A stretch of 64,000 nt of DNA from Amoebophrya sp. A120. Taxonomy: Eukaryota; Protista; Dinoflagellata. The position numbers and the translations under genes are program-made. This document shows, in pieces, positions 24,222 through 38,536 of this stretch (within the stretch, counting starts at the first letter, position 1; every line of letters begins with the position of its first letter). The stretch is from the NCBI GenBank assembly GCA_905178155.1, contig CAJINV010000001.1, positions 7,323,794-7,387,793 on the forward strand, given 5' to 3'. Under the pieces are notes generated by a model. It was not told the origin of the DNA and did not search any database. It saw only the letters and a list, made by a program, of their open reading frames with translations.

Positions 24222-27200
24222 CTAGTATCCGTCATAAGAACTGCTCGCTGACTCTTTCGAGCCGCCTTTTTTCTCTTGTTCCCTTTCGTCTTCTAAGTCT
24301 GCTCCGCCCTTCTCCTGCGCAGACTCGCCCGCTAACTGGTTCATTTCCTCAGGTCTTTCACTTTCAACTGGATTTGCACCCGTTTCGCTGGTGCTAGTAT
24401 TCGGAACTAAAAACACGTCAGCTTTTCCGTCGGGAAAAATCTGGAAGGTGACGCGCACTAGATCGGACAGCTTTTTGAGCGCGACCGGTTTATCGCTTGT
24501 TGTGTGCTGAGCCTGAGTCTTCTTACTTTTCTGCGCCCGAAGTACTTCCGTTGTTCGTTCCTTATACTTCTCCAGACTAATGTTTCCTTGAGCCAACTCG
24601 CGGTCCAGAAACCTGACTTGCTGCTCCTCCTCGGAGCACTCCTTGCAATGTACAACAAGCGACTGCGCAAGCGCCGCGTCGCGCGCATTGGTCTCTTCCG
24701 CGAAGTCGATCAGATCTTTCGCAAAGGCCTTCAGAAAAAACTTCGTGTAAATCTCAGCGCTAACCACAGTGTCCCAGTTCCGCAAGACATCCGGATCTGC
24801 GTCTTCATAGCTTGCGGCGATCTTGAAGTTTATTTGATTCTCGTTTTACGCGTGCTAGTTTTACTTTTATCCAAAAAGGTCGCTTACGTGTCAAATGATA
24901 AAATGACAATGTCGATCTCCACAGTATTAATTCATTATATCGAGGACCGCAACACAAGTACCTGCAACTCCACAAGCAGCGCACGGAGCTCGCAGTACTG
25001 CCAGCGCACAAACCCGGCCTCCAGAATAGTGAACTTCAGGTGTACAAAACTGCGACCGTAGCGTTTTTTGTGGCACTGCAAAATAGTGCCCTGCAGCGTG
25101 TACATATGCTCCTGGCTTTTCAAGAATGTCGCGATGGTATTGGTGAAGATTGTGTTCACGTTCGTCGCTCCAGCAACGGGATTTCCAAAACTGCTTTGGT
25201 CCAAAACCCGGTCGCAAAGCTTCGTATCGTTGTAGAAGCATTCGCTCGTGAACGCCTGACCGGGTGGCAGGAATTGCTCCGTGGTTGTCCGCAGCTCGGT
25301 GGGTGGATCTAAGGTGGAAGCACCGCCAAACTCCGCTCCCGCAGCAAGCGAAGGCTCTCCCGCGCGTTCGGCCGTTGCCTTTCCCTTTCGTTTCAATTTC
25401 AGTCTTCCGCTTCGTACCTCGAGCCACTTTGAATAAAAACTTGGTCGGCAGGCGTCCACAGCATCCAACCCGGAAACCAAGCAAATCTGCTGCAGGGTTG
25501 TGTACAAGTGGAATTTCTCCCGGGTCTCACAAAACGTCACAACAACGTAAACTTCGTCCGCCGCGGCCACACCTGGTGCCATCACCCACGTCGCGCGAAT
25601 CCGAGCCTTTACAACCTGATTTTTTTTCCCAGTACGCTCATCTTCGTCTACTTTCTGATTCTGTTGACATAGCAAAAGTGGTCTTCGGACCACCTAGAAT
25701 TTCAAGAATTGAATCATGAAACTTTCCAACTTCTAAAATTTTTCCGCTAGGTCACACCTCCCTCTTCCAGCCGTTTGCCTTGTCAATTTCCTTCCGCAAC
25801 GCCACAAGAGACGTTGCCGCCGTGGTGCCTTTGCTTCCACAGGGGTTTGGAATCTGAATCGTCACAACAGAGGAGGCACTTTTATCCTCTGTAGCCTGGT
25901 AGGGATCCAAGAACCCGACACCTTCCGGTCTTGTCCCGGCTTCGCTCCAAACATCCAGATCGTGGATAACATCGAGATACTTCTCCGTCGCCTCCACCTC
26001 CGAAGCAGACGCAGCGCCTTTAGCAGGCGGGCCAGTGGTCAAATACCCGGGTCGTGGCGTTCCGGAAACAAACAGCGAGTGCAGCGGCTGGCACAGTAAC
26101 AATCCATTGTGTACTGTTTGCGTGTCCGCGTCTGTGGTCGCGCCTGAAGCAGTTTGCTCCCCCTCCTCCGCCGTAATGCCAAGATCCTTTTCCACATTCA
26201 CGCACGCAATCAGCAATTGCTTCTTTCGTATCTGCTTCTTCTGCCACCGGTCCCGCAGCAGCGCGCAGCCCTGTTCCACGAGCAACCCGATGGTAGCAGG
26301 TTTAGAAGCCGTACTAGAACCTGCTGCAAAATTCAGCCCTGCTGACGTTCCGGCACCAGATGTTGCAGCGAGGTGAACGTGCTCTAAATGCTGCTGCGCC
26401 GTTCGCTTGTTGGACGGTCGGCGCTTCGGCGTTGTTGCTACTGGACTGGTAGCCGCGTCCTTGCTCATCATGGTCGAGGGGCTATCTGAAGATTTTTCCT
26501 GGTCTCCGGCAGCTCCGGGCGAATTTGGAGCAGAGGCACCGGTATTCATCTCCGAGGCATGATTCTGATCTCCCGAAAGGGGCCCGGAACTCGTACCCAT
26601 TCCGCCGATTTTATTGGGTGCCACTGTCATCCGCTTGCTGCGATTCACCGCCGCAGCGGCGGCCGCAGCAGTGGAAAACAAGCTGTTCCGCCGAGTTTTG
26701 TTTCCACTCGCCGTCGTTGTGTTTTTCTGCTGCTCCAGGGCGCGCTGCTCCACCAGGTACTCCCATAACTGCTCGTGCCGCCGGTCTTGTTGGACCACAC
26801 GCTCCAGGTACTGCCGTTCGGTCCGAAAGAAGTTAGCTACCACCTCCGTAGATTCGATCTGGAGAGTGGCGGGAGTAGGGTGCTGCGGTGGGTTCTTAGG
26901 TTGTGAGAATGTTGTTCCGCTTAAAGCATTGGGGCTGCTCTGCTCTCGAGGTAGTTCTGAGTAGTCTTTTTGTTCTTCTGCAGAATCTTCTGCTTCCTCC
27001 GCTTCCCGACCAGTCGGTTCTTGCTCTTGCGGATTGGCTGCAGTTTCCTCGCAGCTTGTGTTCGCAGCCTCGGCTGCAAGAGCAGCCAGGCGGTCATTCC
27101 TGCTGCTGATAAGCGCCTCGAGCTCCCGCCGTTTTTGCTCCAAGTGCTCTTCGTGCTTCAGCTGCCGCTGCTCCTCTTCGTCCCCCTTTTTGTCTAGATT

Positions 27201-28784
27201 CCGGTGCGCGTTCCTCGTCACGCGCAACCATTTACGCATTCTAGCGAGAAGCTTTCGGCGAAAAAACAGTTCGAGTTGCGCCGCGTGCTTCCCCAAAAGT
27301 CCGACCTCCTGGGCTGACCGCCACAGTTGCACATTGGAATTCGCTTCGTGCTGCGATGTGGTGGTCAGTGAGTCTGCGTGAATCGTGCCGCGCCGAGACG
27401 GTTGGTGTGCGGCATCGGAATTGATGTGGTCTCCCTGCTGCGTAGAAGTTGAACCTCGAGATGAACAGGCTCCTCCCTGCTCTGCTGCCTTGTCGGCTGT
27501 ATTGACAGTTGTCCCGTGAATGGTGCTGCGCCGCAAGGGAGAACTCGCGCGTGGATCGAACTCCACATCATCCTGCAGTGGCGAGTGGTAGCCACCACCA
27601 CCGGAACTATTCTTATTCACGTTGTCGTCTTTCGCCCCGTTGTATTTTGATAGTATACTGTCCTCTTCTACGTGCTCGACGAGAACGGCGGACGCTTTCA
27701 AATCCAAGAAGTCGACTTCGGCTTCCTCTGTGACGGATTCGTATGATATTTTCGTTGCCTCCAGCGCAAATTCCACCAGTTTGTTCAACAGCCGCGCTCC
27801 GGCCACGCAGCCGCACTCATTCTGAAACTCCCGCTCGTCTAACTTGCGCGCTGCGCCCGCAAGTAACTGCTTGTCCCTTTCCAAAGTCTTACGCGTGGGT
27901 TTAGTTCTCTCCTCCGGAATCGCCTCGATGGCGTTTACCGCCTGCAAAACCGACCGTCGCCAATGCGGGTGCTCGAGTTTCGCGAAACGACTTGCGCCAT
28001 TCGGCGAGGCTGCCGCCGTCGCCGTTCCTGCAGGTGACGCGGAGCTGCTCTGCTGGTTTCCCCTTTCATCCACATTCGTACTGTTTGATGATGCGTCGAT
28101 TACATGATTGCCCATTCCGGGATTCGCTTCCGTCAGCTGCGCCCGCAAGCGATTTCCCATCGCTGCACATTCTGCGCGCAGCTTCGTCTCTGCCGGCTCG
28201 AGGTTGCCAAGACGGGAGATTTCCGCGCGCTTCTGAAGAACCTGCTCCCTTTTCTTGTTTATCGCCCTCTGTAGATCCTCCACCCCCGGATCCTTTTGCT
28301 CCTCGAGGACGTTCTGGGAAGTGGTATGTGGCTGATTCTGTCCGTAGTTGTTCATTTGCAAATTGTCAAGGCCTGTAGAACATGGTAAATCCTGCTCCTG
28401 CAGGAGGGTTGCTTTTGATGAAATATCGCCACCGCGCTGGTGATGTTGAACGAGGCTTGCCTTGCCCGAAACCTCAGGCTTTGCCTCTTTCCCATCGCGC
28501 GGTCCATTGTTGCGCTGCGCGCTCAACAACGCAGCCGCCAGCGCATCGCGCCGCCGCTGCAGCTGCTTCAGCCGGTGCTGGTCTCGTTTTTCCTGCAGCG
28601 CCGCACGCTCTTCCAAGTATACCAACTGCTCTTGCTGCTTGCGTGCCTCAAGCGTCTCGCGCCGAATCCGGTCGCGAACGCGCCGCGCGGCATCCCGGTA
28701 TTTCCGCTTCCGGTCTTCTAATTGTGCCCAGGCAACCTCACGAGGAGAACCAAGCAGACGCGGGAGAAAAGCCTGGTCGGCCAT
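24222..28784 (-). CDS. Large hypothetical coiled-coil / low-complexity protein (3 or more exons)
   Basis: 1016-aa ORF linked to 25693-24962 by GAG|GTGTGA..TCTAG|GTG and to the 24.8-kb exon by CAG|GTAC..CAAG|ATC. Confidence 0.65.
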
Positions 28785-29172
28785 CTTTTCTGGTACGTAC
28801 ACGACGCAAAGGAAAAAAGGCTAATATGCATGATCGATTTCAAGTAGAACCTGTCGCCTTCAAGTTCTTCACACAGAACAAGCAACGAGGACAGGCGGAC
28901 AAGTTTGCGGCAAAACGACAGAGACGACCTTGCCAGGAGAGAACACCGGATGCGACGCCCGCGCGAAAGAGGAACAAATATCGCGGCTTCACACGATGAT
29001 GGGGCGAGCTGATCAATCTCGCTCAATTGCGTTTTTTTTTTGTCGTAGTCGCTTTGAAGCAATCCCTTTCCTCGTAGGAATCCTGAATTTGTGTGATGCT
29101 TTCCGCAATGATGTATGTCGTGCCCGAGAAAAAAATTCGACACAGAACTCATTGCGCTATCTGCGCGACCAG

Positions 29173-29968
29173 TTATAGGTATCCATCTCTGTGCCGCCAG
29201 CGATCTAAAAGGCTTTGGTAGCGGCAGGGTACCGTGAAATTTCGGAATTTGTTCTGTCCCACGCAAAGCCACATCATGAGCTGCCGTCGGCTGCTGCACT
29301 CCGGTGCCCCGAACGTCTCCAACGTTTTCGCGTAACTCCTATCCCTGCACTGGTCTTGAAACTCCGTGAAAAAAGTGCGAAGCGCTTTCCTCTCCTGAAA
29401 AACCGAAAAATGTACTCTTTGGGCTTCTGCAGTAGGCCGGTGAATTGTTCAACAACAGGGGCAGTACACATCCACATAAACATTAATACCGAACAACCTA
29501 AAGAAGCACGAATATTACCTCGTCCGTTGGTTGTTCTGGTGCGTAGGCTGCCGTAGTCCACAGCAGAAGCCACTGTGCGCCGCAGACAGTATTCGGTTGG
29601 TTTGTGCAGTTGTTATAATCGTTTGGCTCGACCTCTACTTCTGGTGATTCTTCCGCCCGAACAGGCGCAGAAGCGAAGTCGCGCAATCCCTGTCGTTGAA
29701 ACCTCTTGATGTTTTCCGCCGCCTGTCTCTGCAAACTGTTGACGAAGGTATGACTTTCCGCTGGACCACTGTCCGGTGCAGATCCCGGCAAATTTGTTGG
29801 CAGTATTTTTTGGGCGAATACAGAAAATGCGCTCGTGAAAGAGCTCCAATTGGTGACTGACGGCTCGGCTGCAGAGTCCCGTGAAAGCGAAGTACCAGAA
29901 TTCGTTGCGCCACCCTCTGCCACCTGAGGGCGCATCAGGGGCTGGCTCTGCAGAAAAGACATCAACAT
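29173..29968 (-). CDS. Erv1/ALR-like sulfhydryl-oxidase-fold protein; exons 29968-29519, 29394-29173
   Basis: GAQWLLLWTTAAYAPEQPTDE|ERKALRTFF...SSRRQLMMWLCVGQN..C..LLDRW matches the Erv/ALR helical pattern. Exon 2 frame is absent from the ORF track and was translated by hand. Confidence 0.75.
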
Positions 29969-32355
29969 TTTTCTTGCGGCGAGGCGAAGGCAAGATACAC
30001 GTATCCACGTGACGCAGAGCACAGGCGACAGCTTTCAAACGCCACTCCGTGCAGCGACCATCTCTGTTTGTCCTTCCACCGAGTGCACTTCTCTTTGGCG
30101 CGATACGAATCTACACAAAGATATAAACAGAAGCTTTCTGCTAAGTGTCAGTTATGAGCAGAATTGTTGACAAGATAAAGAGCTCCACCTACTGGAAACG
30201 CATCAAAAATCCGCTGGTGCTGTCAATTCAAAACACTCCTCCAGATGGTGTCTTCAGGAAAACGCAACAGGTCCGACTGCAGCTTGTCCATCAATGCTCA
30301 ACAAAGCACACCGATAGCACTTGCTTTCATAATTTTCATTTTTCACAAACTCGTACATTATTATTTGCATCTAGATTTACAGGTTCGCAATGACACCTCA
30401 ATTCGTCGTACTTGTAGTGACGACGGGTAAGCAACATTACCGAGCGAACGAAAATTTCGATTTTTTGGAGAGCGGTCGAAGGGACACAAGGATCGGGGAA
30501 CACCGCCGCGGGATCGTGTGCTCGGTGGGAACTTCCTTATAATAATGATCGTTTTTTTGCAAAAGAACGCCAATGGATCAGCAGGGTGTGATCTTGAAAA
30601 TCTTTCCGTTTCTTAGTCTACAGGGTCGTTTGTGATCACCTTTCGATGCAATACATAAACCCTACTCTACATAAGTAAAACGTTAACGTTACAAATGCTG
30701 CTCCCTACAACTCTAGAACAAAAGTAGAACTAATTCTGGAAGAGTTTGTTGCAAATGCACCTGCATCAGGCTCAGATCTTCTTATTGTCCATACGTGGAT
30801 GTAAACATCGTTATAGGTTGATCGTTCGTCCGAGCTAGTTCCTCTGCCTAAATGCATAGGCAAGAGAGCTCGACTCAATGAATCTTTTGTACTTAATGCA
30901 AGTTGATCATCTACTTCTTGACTTTAGTCATTCGGCATCATCTTCGACCCGGGATTTTCTGAAGCACCAATTCCGAAATTATCGTGGGCGCACGCTAGTT
31001 ATCGGCTGCTGACCTGATGTGAGAGATCTGGATTAGTTACCAACCTTCATCGTGCTGTCATCTGATCCCCGGTCCGATTTCGTGATCAATCTGCGTGCCG
31101 TGCTGCCGGGACTTTATGAGAAACAGTCTCCACAATCGTCTCGTGGTGGCCTGCTGCAGCTCCGACCTTGCTCTACTTCAATTTCTTTCTTCTATTATCT
31201 CGCTTGATGCGTGAAGGCTATCACGTTGCAAGCTGAAATTTCTTCGACGGCTAAATGCTGTATTAGGGTCGAAAAGATGGCTAGAAGAAATCTGAGTCGA
31301 AGTATTCGCTGAATGGAATTTTTACCTACATGTCACGGACCGATACTCTAGTCTAACTATACTCCCATAGAATTATCGTGATGATGACAAAGTAAGTAGA
31401 AAGAAAGGTGATCTCACTTACGGATAAGTACATCAAAAATCGACCTCACAGACGCGCTGTCCGTCCTAGTTCTGGGCTAGTACGGAGACGTCGTAGAGGT
31501 CAGGAAAGGCGTATGTTGCTTCGCCCTGGCGTGGTTGTGTGTTTTCATATTCTATCGTCACTATTTCACTTCGATAAATAAACCTCTGTCGCGTGTGTCG
31601 TCGCTTCGTCTGTCGAGGCTATTCTTGTCTGTAGTTTGGTGATCAATCCACTATAGAACTTTTTCATAAAAACGAGCGCGGTTCATTTTAAAACTGCACC
31701 TGTTTGATGGTGTTCTGTTCCCTGCTGTCCATGGCGTGGCGCAGCAGTCATTTAGTCTTTCGATTTAACTTCTAGCATGAAGAACTGATGTTGGCAGATC
31801 AGATGAATCAAGTGTACTAATAAATCAAAGGCTGATGGAAGGTTGAAAGTTTTCGGCACGGATACTATGACAGACGTTGTAAAAAGAGTATAAGAAAAAT
31901 GGAATAAAAGGTCGTAGAAATAATCACCCATATTCTCGTACGCCTCACTGTGAACTTGTTCTACACTTAGAATGCCAGGAACATATAATTCAAGGCACCA
32001 ACACTACTACGTTATAATTTGGTCGGCTGCTCAACCTGTTCTGTTCGCAGGATATCAATCTCCTTGCGTGAGAACCCAACCAAGTACAGCGTGTGACTTT
32101 CTTCACTGAACTATGAACCTTAGTCACAGCCGAAAGTGTAATAGAGCAGCTAGAATCTCTATGTTTCATCTTCTCCCCTGTTACACTGGCAGAGGATGGC
32201 GCTTTTGTGCTGTGCCTCTCGTTCAGACACTGCACCATTGGTTTCTAGTCTATTTAACACTAAACCCGACAAAAGCTTTGTCTTTCCGTTCTTTATTGCT
32301 GACAATGTCCTTAAAAGGTAACTTCTCGCGGTGGCGGCGGATGGCGGTATGTAAT

Positions 32356-35300
32356 TTACCACTGGCCTCCGGACTGGTTGCCGCCGGTAGGTGCGGACAG
32401 TAGAGCAGCGAGTGCGGAGCCCAAGTCGCCGTCACTCATCGAGCTGGCGCCCTGGTTGCTGTTGTTGTTGTTGCCCCAGTTGTTGCCTTGGTTGCCCCAG
32501 TCGTTCTGCTGCTGCGCCTGAGAGTAGTCTCCAGATTTGTCTTGTTGTCCTTGAAGAACCTATGCGTCATATCATGTGGAAAAAAAAATTGAAAATAATT
32601 TCTACCATGCGTGTCAAGCCCAAGCCCACGACTTTTATTTCTCCCCTATTTTTGCCCCGGCAGTGCTTTACCGAAAAAGTAGATGCGCATCAACGACCGA
32701 AAAGATGAGAAAATTTCATGCCGACTACAAATTCTATCAGGACTCTTGCTTTTCATCATGATGCAACCGATGATAAATTCACCATCTAGAGTAGTTGTGA
32801 GCAAATATGTAGTGGATTCTCATTCGTTTTCTTGCTCTAGTATAACAGACTTTCTTGTGACACAGAAGAAACAGTACACATCGAAACACGGACCTTCTTC
32901 ATCATCACCGAAAAGAAACCGACCTTTGCTCATTCCGGTCCAAGTAGCACCAACCCACCACACCGACCAACAACCGATTTGCGCAATTACCGGACCAACG
33001 ACTTGCGATTTCCTTTTTCTGTTTCCCAGCCGAACGATGAAGAAACAAAACGAAAAGCAACGAACCCGAGACGAAACTGTTTCTTTTTACTACGCGTTGT
33101 GCTTGTGTTGAAAAACTGTATACCTGGTTGAAGACGTTGGCCCACCAGTCGCCATCGTCCTGGTTGTAGTTTTTGCCGCCCCCCTTGTTGCCGCCACCAT
33201 AGGGTCCATGGGTGTTATACCCCTTGCCATTGCCGCCCTTGCCACTACCGCCAGTCGGACCGTAGTATACTTCTGGCGTGTGCGTGTTACCGCGATCGAA
33301 GCTACCGGAGCCACCGTAATGATCATCGTGGTAGCTGTTGTGCCTGATATAGAGTTGTGAGTTCTTGGTCGAGATGACTTCCGTGGTGTTCGAATAGCCG
33401 CATTCCCTGCTGCACATAATTGCCAAACGATACCGATTGTGATGCTACCACGTAAAGGGAATTTATTGCGGAAAAAAAATAAGTAAAGCAAGCAGCTGCG
33501 TGGAAGTACCCCTTGTGGTGGTGGTAGTTGTTCATCTTTCCTTTTCCCTTTCCCTTCTTGCCGTATCCACCCTTGTGGTCGCCGCCCTTTGGCCCGTTGG
33601 CGTCGAGCTTGGCAATCGCTTGGAAAAGGTTTTGCGTCATGTCGGCCTTCAAAGCGACAATATCATCCATATCGTTTCCGGTAATCACTACCGATGCGGC
33701 AGCGCCGTTGTCGTCCTGGTTAACGCGGATCGCCATGTCTCTCTCTGCTGCGTATTGTCGAAATCGTCGGATCGCCTCACCCTGCTTGCCCACTAAAAGG
33801 CCAACGTATTTTTGCGGCACCTGCGGTGAAGGAGTTTTTGGATCGCGGAAAAATATGACCCTGCGTTTTGCTTTGCACTTGCCTTGCTTGTCAATCAATC
33901 TGCCCATGTTGAGAATTATCGTACGAGAGACGAGCGTATTTTGCAGCAAAAAAAACCCTCTACCTCGAAAGTGTCAGAAAGCGTGTGCTTTGACGCGTCA
34001 ACGAATGCAATTCCCTTTCCGCTTCCGCCCTTGATGCCGACACCTCCTCCAACGAACCCTCCTCTAACTTCTCCATTATCACCAACCTTTCCTCGTGGTG
34101 TGTAGCCCATGTCTTTCCCTTTACCTGTTTGATATGTTATTTCGGAATAAACTTGGTTTACGAAGGACAAGACCACCGCTCCTCGGCACCAGAGCCGACT
34201 CGCAGCATGGATTGTGCTTAAAATGAAAATTTTGCATGCAATGCCAAATTTGCAGCAAAGTTCCTTGTGTGCTGTCAATAATCATGTTCTTTTCCATGCG
34301 AAAATGTAAATGATCACTATGAGGCTGACAAACATAAGAAAACATCACAACATCGCATGTGCAAGCACATGGTTCCATGGAGAGGGGCCAGAGTTAACAT
34401 GATCTCCTTCCTCCCGTTAGATTCTATACCGTGGTATCCACCACCTCCTCCCTTATAACCACTATTCCCACCATGATGGTGGTGATGATCCTGATCCCCC
34501 TTACCTGATTTGTGGCCCTTTGACGGGGCGGACTTCCCGCCATGCGGGTGGTCATCATCCTCCAAAAACTCCAGTCCCGGCATCTTATCCGGCTTGAACG
34601 GTGCGGCAGGCACTAATCCCGCTTGCACATTCTTCAAATACTCTTGGTACCCCTCGGACGCTTGTCTCCCCGACACAACCATTTTCGAAATTACATCCAC
34701 GGTTTTGTCGACCTGTGCGTTTTCACGTTAGTACAGGGTATATAAATGCTGGATTTCGTTTCTTCAAAAAAGGATCCAGCATCTCGATCTCCTACAACTA
34801 GGTATAATTCTCATTGCAGCCTAGTAAGGAGCCGTAGCGCCGCTACGATCGTATAGTACCTGCTCTAAGCTTCCAGAGACGTGTGCGACGGAGAACCCAT
34901 CGTTAGCCGTTTCCTGCATGACTTCAATGGATGCGCCAGTGTGCTTTCTTATTTTCTGGAGCGTCACCCCCGCTGCGCCAATAATCATACCTGAAGAAAT
35001 TTCCGTGTATTTACTTTGCAACGTGAAGCTGCTGTATCCCTAATAAGTAGCATAGAGCAAAGAATTCAGATGCGTATAATCATGACGGAGCGTTATAATA
35101 ATAGCCCGTGAAAAATCCACCCAAAGGTAATTGCAAATCAACTTAATCTGTGAGCCACATACCGACGTATTTCTGCGGGATCTGCACTTCCTTGGAGGCG
35201 TTCATTTTTGATTCTTCGGAGAGAGTGTCCACTTTTGCCTTGCACTCGCCGACGGACTCGTCGGTTTCGCCCCGAACGGTGCAAACGGAGTATCCCTTCT

Positions 35301-36829
35301 CTTTGGTCTCCTGGTTAATCGCGATGCTGCACGCGAAGTTTGCCTTCAGCTCGCGAATCGTCGAACCTAGCAAGCGATAAATTAATTTCATTTGTCTGTC
35401 GCCCGAAGTTAGTGGTCTGGCGCTGCTACTGAAATTCTAGAGCTCCCTTTTCGACTTCCTCCTCTTACAGCTGGCGAACTACCGGGTCGGCTGATAAGCA
35501 CCGTGAGAGAAGAAGATGATGCGTGTTGCATTAGTGTTGCCGGCGAGGGTCCCTGGCAAGCTATGTATTCCGCAGATGGTCGCGACAGCTTCGTCTTCCG
35601 TGGCTGTGGGTACTTAGGTAGTTGCTGCTTCCGTAGTTTTTTGATACTCGCAGTAGTTCGTTGAGCTGCTTTCTGCCGTCCTTTTTTCTTTGCTGTATTT
35701 TCGGTCGTGTTGTTTCTTCGAGAACGCCAACCGTTCTTCCGTTTTTCAGCGAGCACCGCCTTTCAGGTGATTCGCCGCCCCGGTTCTTGTTTCTATGCGC
35801 TTTCAAAGAGGGCTTTCGCAAAGCACGATATGCACGCTCAGTGCTATGAAGCAGGCTCGTGGTTGCCCACACAGAGATGTTTTTTCGGATCTTCCCGATT
35901 TTGATTTTTTCTTGAAAGAACCGGAGCTTGACTAACACCATGCATACACAAGCCAGATCGAGCTGATCCACAGGGCAGAAAAACATGCAAACCGCAACTG
36001 TTACTCTAGTTGCGGATATTGACGTTCTTGTCATTCATAAATGTGAAACTACACATCGCGCCCGTCAAAAAGATCCTTCGGCTGCGTCCAGTTTCTTCGT
36101 GCTGTGAACGCAATAAAGGTAGAAACGAGCCAGAAACAAAAGATCTTGCTTCGCACTATTGCTGCCATCCCGATCCCTCTAATCATCGTCGACTGAGCAG
36201 CGTCGAGCGGGATCAATCTTAACTGGCGCGCTAGCTCCTTGTATATTCACATAAATACCCGTGGTCCGGTCGGGTTCGATCTCCTTGATCAACAACTACT
36301 TGTCCTTGTGCGCGATCGCAATCAATGCATGACATCAGCTGTCACCAATTTTTTACAAATTCCCATGGATCAGTCTTCAATAACATTCTATGCAAACCGG
36401 ATGGATAGATACAGGGACAACATCATCTTCCTCTCTCACAGCGCCGCTCGGCCCTCCGGATGATCGCATAGCACAACGCGCCAGTTGCAGGAGCTCGTTC
36501 TAACTTTAATCTAAAGGGAGCTTTGTCATGATCATCATCATTCGGGCAGACGGGTATATTAATTAGCGGTAGAATTTCAATTTCTTCAAAATCATCTTTT
36601 ATCACATTTGAATTTTTCGGTTGGAAGTTTCTTGTCGCGTTTTGACGTTGTAGTACTAGATCAATCAGTATCAGTATCAAAAGCAAAAAAATAGCTAACC
36701 ATCGGGCCCGATGATCCTGGGCACGCACGATTGCGGGATGGAAAAGATCTTCACGACGGAGCCCATAGACTCGTCGTCGACGGAAAAGTCCTGCACCTGC
36801 GGACTCTGTTCCTCTTGCTGCTCTGCCAT
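32356..36829 (-). CDS. Three-KH-domain RNA-binding protein with GKG-rich low-complexity regions (about 8 exons)
   Basis: IPQSCVPRIIGPDG|STIRELK, IPQKYVG|MIIGAAGVTLQKI, VPQKYVGLLVGKQGEAIRRF. Exon 1 is 36829-36700; last exon ends GGQW* at 32356. Confidence 0.85.
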
Positions 36830-38536
36830 TTTGCCAGAAATTTTTTCCGAGAAGCTGTGATCACGGATGGATCGCTACTTCGAGATCCGGTCGTGACAAA
36901 AGATCTACTCTTGCGTGCTGTCTCTGCGGCTCCCAGGCAGTGGTCTCGAGTCTGATTGATGATCCAGAGGGTCCCCGATGAGGTACTAGTACCAGGTTCC
37001 GTCTGATGTGTGATGTGATCCAGTGGAGTGGTCTTGTTCAAGCGTGATCTTTTTCAAGAGTTGCTTCTTTCTTGCTTTGTCAATAACGTCTACTTCTGGT
37101 CTTCTAGGCAGCTGCTGTACAACACAACAAATGCTTATCTTCTAGAAATGTTATCGGAGAAACAGATTGTACGGTCGAAATTATACGCTTTGTCGATGAA
37201 TAGCTCACAGTTAATATTCTTGTCGCGCTCTTGTTCTTCGGAATAAAATTAGATTAGTATCCAGATGCCACGTGTTCACAGGTCGAGAATTCTACAGAAA
37301 ATATCTAAAGGTTGAAGAGTTCTTGTGCGTTTCTTCCGACAGAGAGCGAAAGAAAAGTAGTACCAGTTGTAGTTGAAAGATTGCCAAGCAGCTTAATCGA
37401 AGCGAAAACCCGATCAAGTTTTGTACAAAACAAGATCAGACTCACAGCGAAAAAAGCCGGTCCCTGTATCAATTTGGTGGAATAGGATCCACAGCGCGCG
37501 TAACTCAGTGGTGATTTGTGGCCTTTGATCAAATTTATTTGCTTGCGATGTGTGTCTGTCGATTTTCAGACGCGTCTGGATCTTTAGAGATTTGGTATTT
37601 GGATCAAAATAGCAGAAAGAGGTTAGACTTGAACTAACAACCGACTTTTGTTCTTCTCAATCAGCGTTAATAAATCAAGTTTCCTTCTGATTTCGATCGC
37701 TACAATTTGCTCGAACTTGTGGGATCGATTTCTCGATTTCAAAGTACAACTGCTAAAAGTTTTGCTAAATACGAAAGCTAAATTTTTTTGCTGCTGCTGG
37801 AAAAAAAACCAATTTCAATCACAATTTTACAGCGTATAACCAAGAACCTCTCTAAACTACTAGATATCAAAAACAAAAGTAAAAAAGACGAAAGATTATG
37901 AAATTCAAGCACTACGTTTCGGTTTGGGGGAAGGCTCTCTCTGCAGGCATTTCATTCAGTATGGGAATTATGCTCTACCAAAGAAATAAGCCACAGGACA
38001 CACCTTCAATACCGTATAAAAATCTACTGCACCATACAAAACAAGCATGCCTACTGTTGATAAACCGATCGCTCATCTTGAACGGGCTTCTTCATCACCT
38101 GACGCGGCACCGAGCAAAAAAAGGTCTATCACTCAGCCTCAGCTCGTCAAGTAGATCAATTTCAATGCGCAATGCTTACAGAAGATCCTCTGATCAATAT
38201 ATAACCCGATTTCATCTACTATTAAAACTTATTCATTGGAGTATGTCTTCTCACTGATCGCCGACCACTAGCAGGCTGCGGACTCACTCTTTGCACTGCC
38301 TTGCAACAAACCGATAAATTTCTGCTTTCTCCGCGTGAGATAGGGTGGACCTTCTTTCTGCATAATTTCTTCGTCTCTAAAATTCTTTCAAATGAACAGT
38401 CTCGACCACCGAAATCAAGAGAGCCCTCAAGGCGCCGTTGCTCAGTCATGAAATTACTTATTGTCGCACAGTCCTTGATCGTGAGTCTTTTCTAGCTAGC
38501 TAGGGCCGCAAAAATAGCGCATCGACCAAGATGAAA

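Noticed and set aside
30100-32300. Long gene-free interval checked for tRNA, snRNA, SL RNA or TE
   Set aside because: No recognisable RNA gene, terminal repeat or coding signal by eye.
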